Shown here piece after piece: positions 63,729 through 64,000 of a stretch of 64,000 bases of DNA. The notes below the pieces were generated by a model. It saw only the letters and a program-made list of their open reading frames with translations, did not search any database and had not been told where the DNA came from. Source of the DNA: a virus (lineage: Duplodnaviria; Caudoviricetes); the IMG/VR virus record IMGVR_UViG_3300031418_000007, one strand, 5' to 3'. Each line of letters starts with the position of its first letter. Within the stretch, counting starts at the first letter, position 1. Position numbers and translations under genes: made by a program.

Positions 63729-64000
63729 TTATAAGAACTGGTAAGCCAGTTTGTAATTGCCCGCTGTCACTGTTTTGAAACTCAACACACCCACACCGCG
63801 CGCAATTTCAACTTCCGCAGGTGTTTGCAACTTCCAGTTAGAACGAAGGTCACCTGTCACACTCGCGAAACTGAAAACGGATGCAGTCACTGCCGTGCCG
63901 TTTACCAACACACCCACAAAACCCAGATTGTCAACTTTGTCGTTATACAACAATGCCAAGTTAGCCGCCGTTAACGCATTCAATACCGTACGCTTGTTGC
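63729..64000 (-). CDS. 3' end of a probable tail fiber gene (continues beyond the window)
   Basis: The frame is open to position 64000 (...NKRTVLNALTAANL...); beta-rich C-terminus upstream of a DUF4376-like gene. Confidence 0.55.
   Translation of the reverse strand, partial: NKRTVLNALTAANLALLYNDKVDNLGFVGVLVNGTAVTASVFSFASVTGDLRSNWKLQTPAEVEIARGVGVLSFKTVTAGNYKLAYQFL

Noticed and set aside
1-64000. tRNA genes, CRISPR arrays, retron/DGR reverse transcriptase, stop-codon recoding
   Set aside because: No cloverleaf or T-loop signatures in intergenic gaps, no repeat-spacer arrays and no RT motifs. Known genes read through at full length in the standard code.

Overview
This window is 64 kb of a phiKZ-related jumbo myovirus, most like the SPN3US/Erwinia group of nucleus-forming Chimalliviridae. 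The chimallin gene itself is not in the window. The host is probably Erwinia/Pantoea-like, inferred from an AmsF/WceF-like gene. Core genes present: tail sheath and tube, prohead protease, four split subunits of the virion RNA polymerase, a 2544-aa tail-associated protein with GH19 and M15-like peptidoglycan hydrolase domains, UvsX, an RNase H-family protein, an SNF2-like helicase, a modular endolysin, a stand-alone GroEL and an AmsF/WceF-like tailspike-fold protein. Accessory islands lie between these blocks, almost all on the minus strand. They carry a shared C-TAYATWAY-YWRRGT motif (phiKZ early-promoter-like, 10 copies found), and several blocks end at a sequence-conserved hairpin (CTCCTACCC-N4-GGGTAGGAG) located at convergent gene junctions. 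The best leads are: (i) a 7-gene early-type operon with an HD phosphohydrolase, a Cys-His-Asp protein, a stand-alone ParB/Srx domain and a paralog pair; (ii) secreted two-cysteine proteins and micro-membrane peptides that could act in superinfection exclusion or lysozyme inhibition; (iii) apparent pseudo-enzymes (degenerate RNase H, DnaB remnant); (iv) an EF-hand endolysin translationally coupled inside the vRNAP operon. All family assignments come from motif reading and recall, not database searches. No tRNA, CRISPR array, intron or IS element was recognised.
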